The notes under the pieces are model-generated. The model ran no database searches and was not told the DNA's origin. It saw only the letters and a program-made list of their open reading frames with translations. From contig JAIPBW010000004.1 in the NCBI GenBank assembly GCA_021738505.1, positions 8,000 to 71,999 of the forward strand: a stretch of 64,000 nucleotides of DNA. Direction: 5' to 3'. Source of the DNA: Bacteroidales bacterium (lineage in GTDB: Bacteria > Bacteroidota > Bacteroidia > Bacteroidales > PWNQ01). Every line of letters begins with the position of its first letter. Position 1 is the first letter of the stretch. Made by a program: the position numbers and the translations under genes. Positions 19,725 to 29,952 of this stretch are shown here, piece after piece.

Positions 19725-20696
19725 CTATTGCCAGGGGAGATAGTCCAAATCCAGATTACCCCCGGATAAGACAAGGACTATTGTTTTGCTTTTTACTTCA
19801 ATTTTATGTTCAAATATAGCAGCTAAAGGAACAGCAGATGAAGGTTCTATGATTATTTTCATTCGTTCCCAGATAAAGCGCATAGCTTTGATAATGCTTT
19901 CTTCACGGACAGTTACAATATCGTTAACATGGTTCATAATAACAGGAAATGTCCGGGAACCAAGCGATGTAAGAAGCCCGTCTGCTATTGTGTTAGGATT
20001 TTCCGAAGGAAAAAATTTCTTATTGTGGAAAGATTTGAAAGCATCATCTGCACCTTCAGGCTCAGCTGCATAAACAGATGTGTTCCGGAAAAAGTGATGT
20101 ACAGCCAGGGCTGTACCACTTAACAGACCACCACCACCAACAGGGGTGATGATCATATCCGGTTCAGTTTCCATTTGTTTTTGTATTTCCTGTGCCAGGG
20201 TGGACTGTCCTGCAATGACGGCGGGCAAATTGTAAGGGTGTATTTCCGTTGCTCCTGTTTGGTTTTGAATTTTTGCCAAAGTCGATTCTCTGTCCTTTAA
20301 TGTAGGCGGACAAAAAGTGATCTGCGCGCCATAATCTTTCACGGCAGCTACTTTTACTTTTGGTGCTGTTTCCGGCATGACAATATGCGCAGGTATTCCT
20401 TTCAGGGCTGCAGCCCTTGCTAAAGCCTGGGCGTGATTTCCGGAGGAATGCGTGCATACCCCTTTGGCTGATTGTTCTTCCGACAAAGAAAATACAGCAT
20501 TGACGGCTCCTCTTGACTTGAATGAACCTGCTTTTTGGAAATTTTCAGCTTTAAAATAAAACTGAGCATCATACAAGTCATTTAATTGTGTGGAAGTCAT
20601 TAACGGGGTTTGGTGTATTCTTCCGAAAGTGCGGTCATACGCGTCAAGGAGTTCCTTTCTCTTCGGTATATCAGCTGGTAATTCTATGTTCTGCAT
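19725..20696 (-). CDS. PLP-dependent serine/threonine dehydratase family enzyme
   Basis: 323 aa with the PLP-lysine motif GSFKSRGA, the glycine loop PVGGGGL, and the fold-type II size. Confidence 0.8.
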   Translation of the reverse strand: MQNIELPADIPKRKELLDAYDRTFGRIHQTPLMTSTQLNDLYDAQFYFKAENFQKAGSFKSRGAVNAVFSLSEEQSAKGVCTHSSGNHAQALARAAALKGIPAHIVMPETAPKVKVAAVKDYGAQITFCPPTLKDRESTLAKIQNQTGATEIHPYNLPAVIAGQSTLAQEIQKQMETEPDMIITPVGGGGLLSGTALAVHHFFRNTSVYAAEPEGADDAFKSFHNKKFFPSENPNTIADGLLTSLGSRTFPVIMNHVNDIVTVREESIIKAMRFIWERMKIIIEPSSAVPLAAIFEHKIEVKSKTIVLVLSGGNLDLDYLPWQ

Positions 20697-20730
20697 TTCT
20701 TTGAGGTGTTATAAAAGTTATTTTTCTTTT

Positions 20731-21192
20731 TTATGATGAAGTTACACTCATTAGCAATTGATCTGTGGCTTTATCAATCAACTCATAAACAGTATGGAAA
20801 CTATTGATATCTCCGAAATAGGGATCCGGGACACTTATGTTCTCACCTGTATAAAGATAATTCATAAGCATTTCTACTTTTTGGTTGTCAGAGTTTTTAC
20901 GTGCCTGAGCAAGTATGTTTTCGTAATTGTCTTCATCCATAGCCAGGATCAGGTCAAAGGTATCAAAATCATCCGGAGTAAACTGTCTTCCCCGCAAGTC
21001 GCTTATGTCTATATTGTGCTCATTGAGTACTTTACGAGCTCGTGGATCCGGTAATGCATCAACATGATAATCTGATGTTCCTGCAGAATCTACTGTGATC
21101 TTGAGCCCTTTTTTCTTGATTTTGTTTCGTAAAATACCCTGAGCCATAGGTGACCTGCATATATTACCTAAACAAACGGTTAATATCTTCAT
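20731..21192 (-). CDS. low molecular weight protein-tyrosine phosphatase
   Basis: 153 aa with the P-loop VCLGNICRSPMA (CX5R-S) and a DPYFG Asp loop. Confidence 0.85.
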   Translation of the reverse strand: MKILTVCLGNICRSPMAQGILRNKIKKKGLKITVDSAGTSDYHVDALPDPRARKVLNEHNIDISDLRGRQFTPDDFDTFDLILAMDEDNYENILAQARKNSDNQKVEMLMNYLYTGENISVPDPYFGDINSFHTVYELIDKATDQLLMSVTSS

Positions 21193-21259
21193 TTGTTTTT
21201 ATTCATCTGGTGTTTTATGTGTTATTTGGTGTTTTAAGTTATCTTAGAAATAAGAGAAC

Positions 21260-21288
21260 AAAAAAACACCGGTAACAAAGTACCGGTG
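21260..21288 (-). terminator. intrinsic terminator after dnaA
   Basis: CACCGGTA (21267-21274) pairs with TACCGGTG (21281-21288). On the minus strand the hairpin is followed by a U7 run (A-run 21260-21266 on plus). Confidence 0.7.
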
Positions 21289-21316
21289 CAAATGTAACGA
21301 GATATTTTTTGAATTC

Positions 21317-22768
21317 TTATCCTTTGATTTTTTTGTCCAGTTCACTCACGTAGTTGTTAAACTGTTTATCCGTATCAACAAGGTTAGTGACGGTTTTACA
21401 GGCGTGTAATACTGTGGCGTGATCTTTATTACCACAATGCAGGCCAATAGTTGCGAGCGAAGACTTTGTATATCTTTTGGAGAAATACATAGCTAATTGC
21501 CTTGCTTGTACGATTTCTCTTTTTCTTGTTTTGGAAACGATCATTTCAACGGGGATGTTGAAATAGTCACTGATAATTTTTTGAATATAATCGATGGATA
21601 TTTCCCTGGAAGTATTCTTGACATATTTATCAATCATCTGCCTTGCAAGATCGAGTGTAATCGATTTCTTGTTGAGGGAAGATTGAGCAAGGATGCTAAT
21701 CAGAGCACCTTCCAGCTCTCTGATGTTTGTCGTGATGGAATAGGCCAGGTATTCAACGACCTCATCCGGGATGTCAACACCTTCGCTATATAATTTCTTT
21801 TCTAATATCGCCATTCGTGTTTCCAGATCAGGCACTTGCAAGTCTGCTGCCAGTCCCCATTTAAAACGAGACAATAAGCGGGGTTTCATTCCCTGGATCT
21901 CTACGGGGGCTTTGTCTGATGTGATGACTAATTGTTTCCCTTTTTGGTGCAGGTGATTGAAAATGTGAAAAAATACATCTTGTGTTTTTTCTTTGCCGGC
22001 CAAAAATTGGATGTCGTCGATGATGAGTGTATCGATCATCTGATAAAAATGAATAAAATCATTTTGGTTGTTATTCCTTACGGAATCGATAAACTGATTC
22101 AAAAATTGTTCAGAAGAAACATAAAGCACTGTTTTATCCGGAAAGTTGTCTTTAACCTGCAAGCCTATAGAATTTGCCAGGTGCGTTTTCCCAAGGCCTA
22201 CTTTTGAATAAATAAACAAAGGATTAAAAGCAGTTTTGCCGGGGTTTTGACCAACAGCATAGCCTGCTGAACGCGCCAGGCGGTTGCAATCTCCTTCTAT
22301 AAAATTATCAAAGCTGTAGTTCTCATTAAGCTGAGAATTTACCTTTATTTTCTTTATACCCGGTATTATAAAAGGATTTGGGATTTCTTTTGAATTTTTT
22401 GAGTTTAAATCCAGTGGCATAGATACAGAAGGATTTTTAGTGGCATTTTTGTTGCTCGTTGGCATGTTGACCGTATATGGTTTGTTGTTATTGTGGATAG
22501 AATTATCCATTATAATACTATATTCCAACCTGCCGGAAGTTCCTAACTCTTTGCGTATCGTTTTTTTAAGTAAATTAATATAATGCTCTTCCAGCCATTC
22601 GTAAAAAAACTGACTGGGAACCTGTATTGTCAATACATTATCAACAAATCGTAATGGTTTGATAGGCTCAAACCATGTTTTATAACTTTGATAATTCACA
22701 TTATCTTTGATTACCTTAAGGCATCTGGCCCATATCTCTTTGTGATCGGTGTTTTGATCCGTACTCAT
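21317..22768 (-). CDS. dnaA: chromosomal replication initiator protein DnaA
   Basis: 483 aa with AAA+ Walker A GLGKTHL, Walker B IIDDIQFL, and the C-terminal DnaA box-binding domain (HCGNKDHATVLHA). Confidence 0.95.
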   Translation of the reverse strand: MSTDQNTDHKEIWARCLKVIKDNVNYQSYKTWFEPIKPLRFVDNVLTIQVPSQFFYEWLEEHYINLLKKTIRKELGTSGRLEYSIIMDNSIHNNNKPYTVNMPTSNKNATKNPSVSMPLDLNSKNSKEIPNPFIIPGIKKIKVNSQLNENYSFDNFIEGDCNRLARSAGYAVGQNPGKTAFNPLFIYSKVGLGKTHLANSIGLQVKDNFPDKTVLYVSSEQFLNQFIDSVRNNNQNDFIHFYQMIDTLIIDDIQFLAGKEKTQDVFFHIFNHLHQKGKQLVITSDKAPVEIQGMKPRLLSRFKWGLAADLQVPDLETRMAILEKKLYSEGVDIPDEVVEYLAYSITTNIRELEGALISILAQSSLNKKSITLDLARQMIDKYVKNTSREISIDYIQKIISDYFNIPVEMIVSKTRKREIVQARQLAMYFSKRYTKSSLATIGLHCGNKDHATVLHACKTVTNLVDTDKQFNNYVSELDKKIKG

Positions 22769-23717
22769 CCTTATATCCAGCTATCTTATTATTAATTTGG
22801 CTTAATTTGTCTTACCTTGAAAAGGTGAAATAATTTACAATTTGGTGATAAAATAGTTTTGCTCGATACTTCATTTAAGTTAAGAAGTAAACAAATGCGA
22901 GGAATGAACTATTTTATACTAATGGGTCATTTACGAAAGTGTCTATAATTTTTCATAGGCCTAAGTTTTTTTTATGATTATCAATCTAATTTTCTATATT
23001 TGGCGTGTAAAAATCTGTTTGTCAGCGACTTTGAGTATTTGCTTGAGTCTTGTTCGTCAAAGATTGTTGCGTAATTGGTGCAATAATTACTTTGATAAAA
23101 TCTATATCCGTTGATCTACAGTGTCTTGAAAAACGGAGGTTTTAACGTTTATTCGATTTACAATGATAAGAATTTTTTGCTTTAAATAAAAGATTACTGT
23201 TTATTTTTCTCCTATTTTTAATGAATATAAATTTTATTTTTCTTTCTGTTTTTAAACTGTTTTTATTAAGCATGTTAACCATAAAACATGAAATAGTATA
23301 ATTTTATTTGGCAAGGTGCTTGTTATGTTTTAGCTTTAAAAAGGAACTCCTGTAAACACGAAATGATTTGATAATGTTAGGTTTATAATGGTTTCTGGTT
23401 TATGGAAAGCAATTTTTAAAACAAATATTGTCATCAAACAATGCATTTCTGTGAGTTAAGATTTCGTTAGATATTAGTAAATCACACCTTTGTTAATTCT
23501 TGTTCAGTATACATTGTCGCCTGGTATCTGATAGACAACAGGTTTTTTTAGTGTCTCCTAAAAATATTACATGAATAAGACAACTGAATTTTTTTTACAT
23601 AAATATGATTTTAAACTGGCTTTTAAGCAATATACAATAAAAACGTTCCTATATAGTTTATCAAACTGAATAAAATATTATCTTTGCAAGTTATTAATAA
23701 GGATAAAGGATTTATAC
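22769..23717. other. 949-bp ORF-free AT-rich spacer upstream of dnaA; candidate oriC / divergent promoter region
   Basis: No ORF of 60 aa or more on any frame. It holds tandem CTGTTTTTA repeats (23246-23254, 23257-23265) plus CTGTTTATTTT near 23197, and TTATCAAA at 23091-23098(rc), 23367-23374(rc) and 23658-23665. No perfect TTATCCACA was found. Confidence 0.3.
23679..23686 (+). promoter_or_regulatory. -7 promoter box (TATCTTTG) for bamD
   Basis: Matches the Bacteroidota TAnnTTTG consensus and ends 31 nt upstream of ATG 23718. Confidence 0.45.
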
Positions 23718-24536
23718 ATGCGCGTTTTAACAATTTCTACCATACTTTTATCATTGGCTTTATTATCCGGATGTAAAGGATATCAGGATATTTTGAAGAG
23801 CGATAATACGGAGTTAAAGTATGAAAAAGCTATGGAGTATTACGAAGAGAAAGATTATTATAAGGCTATTCAGCTCTTAGATAATCTTCGATCAGTAACT
23901 CGTGGAACAAAGAGAGCTGAAGAAGTTTCTTATTATTACGCGCAGGCTCATTATAAAAATGAAGAGTATATTCTGGCTTCTTATTATTTTAAAAATTTCG
24001 TGAAGAACTTCCCTAAAAGCGATAAAAAAGAGAAAGCTTTATACCTTTCAGCCTATTGCAAATACATGCAGGCGCCGCCTTATTATCTTGATCAAAGTAC
24101 AACGAAAGAAGCAATAAACGATTTGCAGTATTTTGCTAATACTTATCCACAATCCGAGTATATTGTGGATGTAAATAAGCATATCAATGAACTGAAAAAG
24201 CGTATAGAAAAGAAAGAAATCAATAAGGCCAACTTGTATTATAAGATGGAAAACTGGAAAGCTGCAGCCTATGCATTTGAAGTTTTCCTGGATAAATATC
24301 CGGTTTCAAAATATCGTGAAGAAGCAATGTTTAAAATTGCAAACGCCAAATTCAATTATGCTAAAAATTCTGTATCAAGTAAACAACCCGACCGCTACAG
24401 GAAAGTTGTAGAAGCAGCAGATGAATTTTTAGCCGAATATGCTGAAAGTGAATATAAAGAGAAAGTTGTGACAATCCGGGAAAAGGCACTTGAGGCATTG
24501 AATACATCCAATATAACTCAAAATGAGGTAGAGTAA
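23718..24536 (+). CDS. bamD: outer membrane protein assembly factor BamD
   Basis: 272 aa with lipoprotein signal LLSGC and TPR-like repeats (YEKAMEYYEEKDYYKAI...). It occupies the conserved position upstream of rpoZ-like/coaBC in Bacteroidota. Confidence 0.85.
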   Translation: MRVLTISTILLSLALLSGCKGYQDILKSDNTELKYEKAMEYYEEKDYYKAIQLLDNLRSVTRGTKRAEEVSYYYAQAHYKNEEYILASYYFKNFVKNFPKSDKKEKALYLSAYCKYMQAPPYYLDQSTTKEAINDLQYFANTYPQSEYIVDVNKHINELKKRIEKKEINKANLYYKMENWKAAAYAFEVFLDKYPVSKYREEAMFKIANAKFNYAKNSVSSKQPDRYRKVVEAADEFLAEYAESEYKEKVVTIREKALEALNTSNITQNEVE

Positions 24537-24599
24537 GTATACGCTTGGTTGGATTTGATTATCAGTAAGAAATATAAATAAAGAAATAATTATACAAAC

Positions 24600-24956
24600 A
24601 TGGATTACAAAAAAGTTAAAACGGATTTTGAAGCGGTAACGCATCGCGTGGAAGATTTTAGCTCAGCTTCCGGAAATATCTATGAAACTGTTGTGGCACT
24701 TTCTAAGCGTGCCGATCAAATTGCCAGTGAATTAAAAGAGGAACTGGATAGTAAAATTGAAGAATTTACTTCGCAGACTGACAACCTGGAAGAAGTGTTT
24801 GAAAATCGCGAGCAGATTGAAATTGCACGGTTTTATGAGCGTATGCCTAAACCGCATATTTTGTCGAAGCATGAGTTTTTGAACGGGGCTATGTATATTC
24901 GTAACCCGCATAAAAACCAGGATATTCTGCCCGAGTCAGGTGGTGAAGAAGCATAA
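24600..24956 (+). CDS. rpoZ: RNA polymerase omega (Rpb6) family protein
   Basis: 118 aa. NIYETVVALSKRADQI resembles the omega core (NRYxLVxxAxKRARQL), and the gene sits between bamD and coaBC as is usual in Bacteroidota. Confidence 0.55.
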   Translation: MDYKKVKTDFEAVTHRVEDFSSASGNIYETVVALSKRADQIASELKEELDSKIEEFTSQTDNLEEVFENREQIEIARFYERMPKPHILSKHEFLNGAMYIRNPHKNQDILPESGGEEA

Positions 24957-24968
24957 GATGACTTTATT

Positions 24969-26189
24969 ATGGAGTTTGAAGGAAAAAAAATAGTGATTGG
25001 AATTACCGGCAGCATTGCAGCCTATAAAATTCCCCTGCTGGTTCGTCTTTTGAAAAAGGAAGGAGCTGATGTGCAGGTGATCATGACCCCGACAGCTCGA
25101 GATTTTGTTACACCTCTCACATTGTCAACATTATCAGAACGTCCGGTGATAAGCGAGCCTTTTGATTCATTGACGGGCGAATGGAACAGTCATGTAGATT
25201 TGGGGCGCTGGGCTGACCTGATGTTATTTGCACCGGTATCGGCCAGCACTATGGGAAAGATGGTCAATGCTATTGCCGATAACTTTTTGGTAACTACCTA
25301 TATTGCAGCCAAATGTCCGGTCTATTTTGCTCCCGCCATGGACTTGGACATGTTCAAACATCCGGCAAATCAGGCGAATATCAAAAAACTTCAATCCTAT
25401 GGAAATATCCTTATTGATCCACAGGAAGGAGAATTAGCCAGCAGACTAAAAGGTGCCGGCAGGATGGAAGAACCTGAAGTTATTTTTGAAATCCTGAAAG
25501 AAGGCTTAAAAAAAAAACAGACTCTGACGAATAAAAAAGTCCTTGTTACTGCCGGGCCAACGTATGAACGTATAGATCCGGTTCGTTACATCGGGAATTT
25601 CTCCAGCGGAAAAATGGGTTTTGCTCTTGCTGAAGCTTTTGCCAGCCGGGGCGCAGATGTTACTCTAATTACCGGGCCCTCAAATCTTAAGGTTTCCAAT
25701 CCAAACATTAAAAGAATCGATATAGAATCTTCCGCTGAAATGCTTAGCGAAGTAAAACAAGCATTTTCAAAAGCAGATATTTTGATGATGAGTGCTGCTG
25801 TTGCCGATTTTAAACCTTCGACGGCACAGGAGCAAAAAATCAAAAAAAACACACAACACTGGAGCCTGGAGCTCGAAAAAACACCCGATATCCTTTCAGA
25901 ATTAGCGAAACAAAAATCGCCCCGACAGCTGATGATTGGATTTGCTCTTGAAACTGAAAATGAGCAATATAATGCCAGTCAGAAACTGGAAAACAAAAAA
26001 TTGGATATGATTGTCCTTAATTCGCTGCGTGATGAAGGAGCCGGGTTTGCCACTGATACTAACAAAGTTACATTAATAACAAAACAAGAACAATTGCCGC
26101 TGGATATTAAGCATAAATCTGAAGTAGCACAAGATATTGTCAGTTATATCGTTGATAACTTAAGCCAGACAAAAATTAAAGACAAATAG
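24969..26189 (+). CDS. coaBC: bifunctional phosphopantothenoylcysteine decarboxylase / phosphopantothenate--cysteine ligase
   Basis: 406 aa with an N-terminal flavoprotein motif GITGSIAAYK and a C-terminal DFP motif VTAGPTYERIDPVRYIGNFSSGKMG. Confidence 0.9.
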   Translation: MEFEGKKIVIGITGSIAAYKIPLLVRLLKKEGADVQVIMTPTARDFVTPLTLSTLSERPVISEPFDSLTGEWNSHVDLGRWADLMLFAPVSASTMGKMVNAIADNFLVTTYIAAKCPVYFAPAMDLDMFKHPANQANIKKLQSYGNILIDPQEGELASRLKGAGRMEEPEVIFEILKEGLKKKQTLTNKKVLVTAGPTYERIDPVRYIGNFSSGKMGFALAEAFASRGADVTLITGPSNLKVSNPNIKRIDIESSAEMLSEVKQAFSKADILMMSAAVADFKPSTAQEQKIKKNTQHWSLELEKTPDILSELAKQKSPRQLMIGFALETENEQYNASQKLENKKLDMIVLNSLRDEGAGFATDTNKVTLITKQEQLPLDIKHKSEVAQDIVSYIVDNLSQTKIKDK

Positions 26190-26259
26190 ATTTTTTCCGC
26201 TTATTAAGCAAATAGTTAAAAATGGCTCTATTCGATTGTTAATCAGAAGAAATTAGTTA

Positions 26260-27174
26260 ATGAAATACACTACCTACATACCAGCCTTTTTATTACTTCT
26301 GTTCATGAGTATTCTTTCTACTGATGGACAGGCTCAGGAATTGAATTGTCAGATTAATGTGTCTGCCAGTCAGGTTCAGACCAGTAACAGAGAGCGATTT
26401 GACGAGCTGCAGAAAACAATTAAAGAATTTATGAATGCTCGTAAATGGACGAATCATAAATTTAAAGTGGAGGAGCGGATTGAATGTAGCATCATGATCA
26501 TTTTAAAGAAAGAGGTAGCTACAGATAAGTTTCAGGCTTCTATCCAGGTGCAGTCGCGCAGACCGGTTTATAATACATCCTATAATACGCCTGTTTTTAA
26601 TTTTAAAGACGATAATTTTACTTTTGAATATGAACGTTATCAAAACTTGAACTTTGATATTAATTCGTTTCAGAGCAATCTGAGTTCGGTTCTTGCCTAT
26701 TATGCTTATCTTATTATAGGACTTGATTTTGACACTTTTTCCTCTTTAGGTGGAACGCCCTATTATCAAAATGCACAAACAATCGTGAATAATGCCCAAA
26801 ATTCTGAGTTTAAAGGCTGGAAATCTTTTGAGAATAAACAAAACAGGTATTGGATTGTGGAAGACTTGTTGAATGGATCCCTTGAGCCATTGAGAGAAGG
26901 TTACTATCAATATCATCGTCATGGCCTCGATAAAATGGCGGAAGAAGAGCAAGAAGCCCGGGAAAATATTTTACAAAGTCTTGAAGAATTTATGAAAGCA
27001 AAAGACCAGAAGTCTTTTCTGTATATCCTTGAAGTACTGATGAATACGAAAAAAGATGAGCTTGTTCATATCTTCAAAAAAGCCCCCAACACCATGCAAA
27101 CCAAAGCCATTGACAAGCTGAAAAAAGTAGATCCTGCCCATTCCGGCGAATACGACAAAATTGCGAAAAAGTAA
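26260..27174 (+). CDS. DUF4835 family secreted protein (from memory, named T9SS PorD in some annotations)
   Basis: 304 aa with a signal peptide. It sits between coaBC and recN, the position I recall DUF4835 occupying in Bacteroidota. The family assignment rests on synteny and general resemblance only. Confidence 0.5.
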   Translation: MKYTTYIPAFLLLLFMSILSTDGQAQELNCQINVSASQVQTSNRERFDELQKTIKEFMNARKWTNHKFKVEERIECSIMIILKKEVATDKFQASIQVQSRRPVYNTSYNTPVFNFKDDNFTFEYERYQNLNFDINSFQSNLSSVLAYYAYLIIGLDFDTFSSLGGTPYYQNAQTIVNNAQNSEFKGWKSFENKQNRYWIVEDLLNGSLEPLREGYYQYHRHGLDKMAEEEQEARENILQSLEEFMKAKDQKSFLYILEVLMNTKKDELVHIFKKAPNTMQTKAIDKLKKVDPAHSGEYDKIAKK

Positions 27175-27329
27175 AGTCTGGTATCAAATTGACTTTTATT
27201 AACTTTGCTTGCTCGATAATAATAGCATTTGACAACTGGTTAGTGTTTGTCCATAATGCATGATATTGGCACATGCCATAATTATGATCATTCGGATCTA
27301 AACACTGACTTAATAGACAGACATTAGTT

Positions 27330-28982
27330 ATGGTTACGCATCTTTCTATCAAAAACTATATTTTAATAGACGCTCTGGAAATACCATTTTCAGAAGGCCT
27401 GACAACCATTACGGGTGAAACAGGGGCAGGGAAATCTATTTTGTTGGGTGCCATGGACCTGATTTTGGGTGAACGTGCTGATAAAAAGGTCTTACTTGAT
27501 AAAGATAGCAAATGTATCATAGAAGCCACATTTTATATAAAAGGATATGATCTGAAAGACCTCTTTGCAGAATTTGATCTCGATTATGATGATCAAAGTA
27601 TCATCAGAAGGGAATTATTACCATCCGGAAAATCGCGCGCTTTTGTAAATGATACTCCCGTTAAACTTAATGTATTAAAAGCCTTGGGTAATAAGTTGAT
27701 TAATATCCATTCTCAATTTGAAACGTTAACACTTAATCGCTCTGACTTCCAGATGACTGTGTTAGATGATTTTGCTCATAATCAACCCCTGTTTCAAAAA
27801 TATTCCTCGGCTTTTGATGTCTATTTAAAAAGTGAAAACTATTTAAAGGAATTAACGGAAAAAGAAAAAAGTGCCAAAGCAGAACAGGATTATTACAAAT
27901 TCTTGTTTGAAGAACTGGAGAATGCAAATCTGGAAGCGGGCGAGAAAGAAAAACTGGAGAGAGAGTATACACAACTGACGCATACGGAAGATATTCGCCA
28001 GGCATTATACTTTTCAGTGGAAGGGTTGTCCCGCTCAGAAACAAATATATTGGAAGTCCTAAAGGAAATTAATTCAAGACTTGCTGAAGTTTCTGACTAC
28101 CATAAACTGATTAAGCCTATACAACAACGCGTTGAGAGTAGTCATATTGAACTCGAAGATATTGCTGCAGAATTGGAAAATATGGAAAGCGATATTGAAT
28201 ATAGCCCGCAACAACTTGAATATATTCAGGAGCGCCTGGATGTTATATATGCATTAGAGCAAAAACATCATGTGGAAGGAACAGAAGCACTGCTTGAATT
28301 AAAAAATAAGTTCGACAGAAAACTGCAGGATATCGGAACGCTGGAAGAAGATATAGAGACACAGAAAAATATTGTGCAGACAAATAAAGAAAAGGCTGAA
28401 AAACATGCCCTGGAACTCCACCAAAAGAGAGAGAAGAAAGCACCGGAGGTGGCAGAGGCTGTTCAAAATGTCCTTAGCAAATTGAATATGAGCGATTCCA
28501 AAGTGGTTGTAGATGTTCAGAAACAAGAAGAACTTAATGAATATGGTTTGTCGCGCGTGGAAATATTATTTTCTGCAAATAAAGGACATTCGCCCGGAGC
28601 GATCAAAAACGTAGCCTCAGGCGGGGAATTATCCAGGTTGATGCTGGCTATAAAATCCATTCTGTCAGACAAGAATATTTTACCCACTATTATTTTTGAT
28701 GAAATTGATAGCGGTGTTTCCGGCAATGCAGCTGTCAAAGTGGGGCATATCATGCATAAGATGAGCCAAACAATGCAGGTTATTGCCATAACACATCTTC
28801 CGCAAATAGCAGCCAAAGGCAAAGACCATCTGAAAGTTTATAAGTATGACCACAATGGCCGGACCCGGACAGATATTAAAAAATTAAATCCACAGGAAAG
28901 AGTTGAAGAAACAGCCTTGATGATCAGTGGAGAGCATCAAAATGAAAACGCTCTGAAAACAGCCAGGCAGCTCATAGGGTAA
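27330..28982 (+). CDS. recN: DNA repair protein RecN
   Basis: 550 aa with Walker A GETGAGKS, a long coiled-coil, the signature ASGGELSRLMLAIK, and Walker B IIFDEIDSG. Confidence 0.9.
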   Translation: MVTHLSIKNYILIDALEIPFSEGLTTITGETGAGKSILLGAMDLILGERADKKVLLDKDSKCIIEATFYIKGYDLKDLFAEFDLDYDDQSIIRRELLPSGKSRAFVNDTPVKLNVLKALGNKLINIHSQFETLTLNRSDFQMTVLDDFAHNQPLFQKYSSAFDVYLKSENYLKELTEKEKSAKAEQDYYKFLFEELENANLEAGEKEKLEREYTQLTHTEDIRQALYFSVEGLSRSETNILEVLKEINSRLAEVSDYHKLIKPIQQRVESSHIELEDIAAELENMESDIEYSPQQLEYIQERLDVIYALEQKHHVEGTEALLELKNKFDRKLQDIGTLEEDIETQKNIVQTNKEKAEKHALELHQKREKKAPEVAEAVQNVLSKLNMSDSKVVVDVQKQEELNEYGLSRVEILFSANKGHSPGAIKNVASGGELSRLMLAIKSILSDKNILPTIIFDEIDSGVSGNAAVKVGHIMHKMSQTMQVIAITHLPQIAAKGKDHLKVYKYDHNGRTRTDIKKLNPQERVEETALMISGEHQNENALKTARQLIG

Positions 28983-29005
28983 CGGATAAATGAACATTCA
29001 CGGAA

Positions 29006-29013
29006 TACTTTTG
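29006..29013 (+). promoter_or_regulatory. -7 promoter box (TACTTTTG) for fabI
   Basis: Matches TAnnTTTG and lies 31 nt upstream of ATG 29045. Confidence 0.4.
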
Positions 29014-29044
29014 TTTCAGAAGTGCTAATATAAAAACAGAAATT

Positions 29045-29902
29045 ATGGCTTCAGATCTATTATCCGGAAAAAAAGGGATTATTTTCGGTGCCCTCAATGA
29101 AAAATCAATAGCCTGGAAAGTGGCAGAAAAAGCTCATGAGCAGGGTGCTGAATTTGTTCTTACCAATACTCCGGTATCTCTGCGCTTTGGTGAGCTGGAC
29201 AAACTGGGAGAGAAAACAAATTCTCCGGTGATACCTGCCGATGCTACCAATATTGATGATATCCGAAATCTTTTTGATCAAACGCTTAAGCATTTTGACG
29301 GAAAAATTGACTTTATTCTGCATTCGATAGGTATGTCTCCTAATGTCCGGAAAAAGAATAACTATGACAATTTGAATTATGATTTTTTGATGAAGACATT
29401 GGATATATCTGCTATTTCTTTTCATAAAATATTACAGGTTGCCCGTAAAAAAGATGCCATCAATGAATGGGGCTCTGTGGTCGCTTTGTCTTATATAGCT
29501 GCTCAGCGTACTTTATACGGCTACAATGACATGGCTGATGCTAAAGCCATGCTGGAGTCTATTGCACGTAGTTTTGGGTATATTTACGGTCGTGACAGGA
29601 AAATACGCATCAATACCATCTCACAGTCGCCCACACGAACAACAGCCGGTAGTGGAGTTAGAGGAATCGACGGATTGATGGATTTTACCGAACGAATGTC
29701 GCCACTGGGAAATGCGGATGCAGAAGAATGTGCTGACTTTACCATTACGCTGTTTTCCGATCTTACTCGAAAAGTGACCATGCAAAATATTTATCATGAT
29801 GGAGGCTTTTCAAGTATGGGTATGAGCTACAGAGCTATGCAAATGTACAAACGAAGCCTTGATTGCGACGACTGCCCCGATCCGGAAGATATTGAGGATT
29901 AG
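29045..29902 (+). CDS. fabI: enoyl-[acyl-carrier-protein] reductase (NADH) FabI
   Basis: 285 aa with an SDR fold. Carries GALNEKSIAW near the N-terminus and the catalytic Tyr...Lys region SYIAAQRTLYGYNDMADAKA. Confidence 0.85.
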   Translation: MASDLLSGKKGIIFGALNEKSIAWKVAEKAHEQGAEFVLTNTPVSLRFGELDKLGEKTNSPVIPADATNIDDIRNLFDQTLKHFDGKIDFILHSIGMSPNVRKKNNYDNLNYDFLMKTLDISAISFHKILQVARKKDAINEWGSVVALSYIAAQRTLYGYNDMADAKAMLESIARSFGYIYGRDRKIRINTISQSPTRTTAGSGVRGIDGLMDFTERMSPLGNADAEECADFTITLFSDLTRKVTMQNIYHDGGFSSMGMSYRAMQMYKRSLDCDDCPDPEDIED

Positions 29903-29919
29903 GAAAATACATTTTGTTT

Positions 29920-29952
29920 GTGATTAAGTTAGTTGTTTCATCTTTTAATCAC
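29920..29952. repeat. hairpin member of GATTAAGTTGA-core repeat family, just after the fabI stop
   Basis: GTGATTAA (29920-29927) pairs perfectly with TTAATCAC (29945-29952). The left arm reads GATTAAGTT, as in the copies at 38743 and 44675. Confidence 0.55.

Noticed and set aside
29857-29902. Acidic Cys-containing C-terminal tail of FabI (SLDCDDCPDPEDIED)
   Set aside because: Bacteroidota FabI proteins are commonly about 285 aa with C-terminal extensions. I cannot show from sequence alone that this one is unusual.
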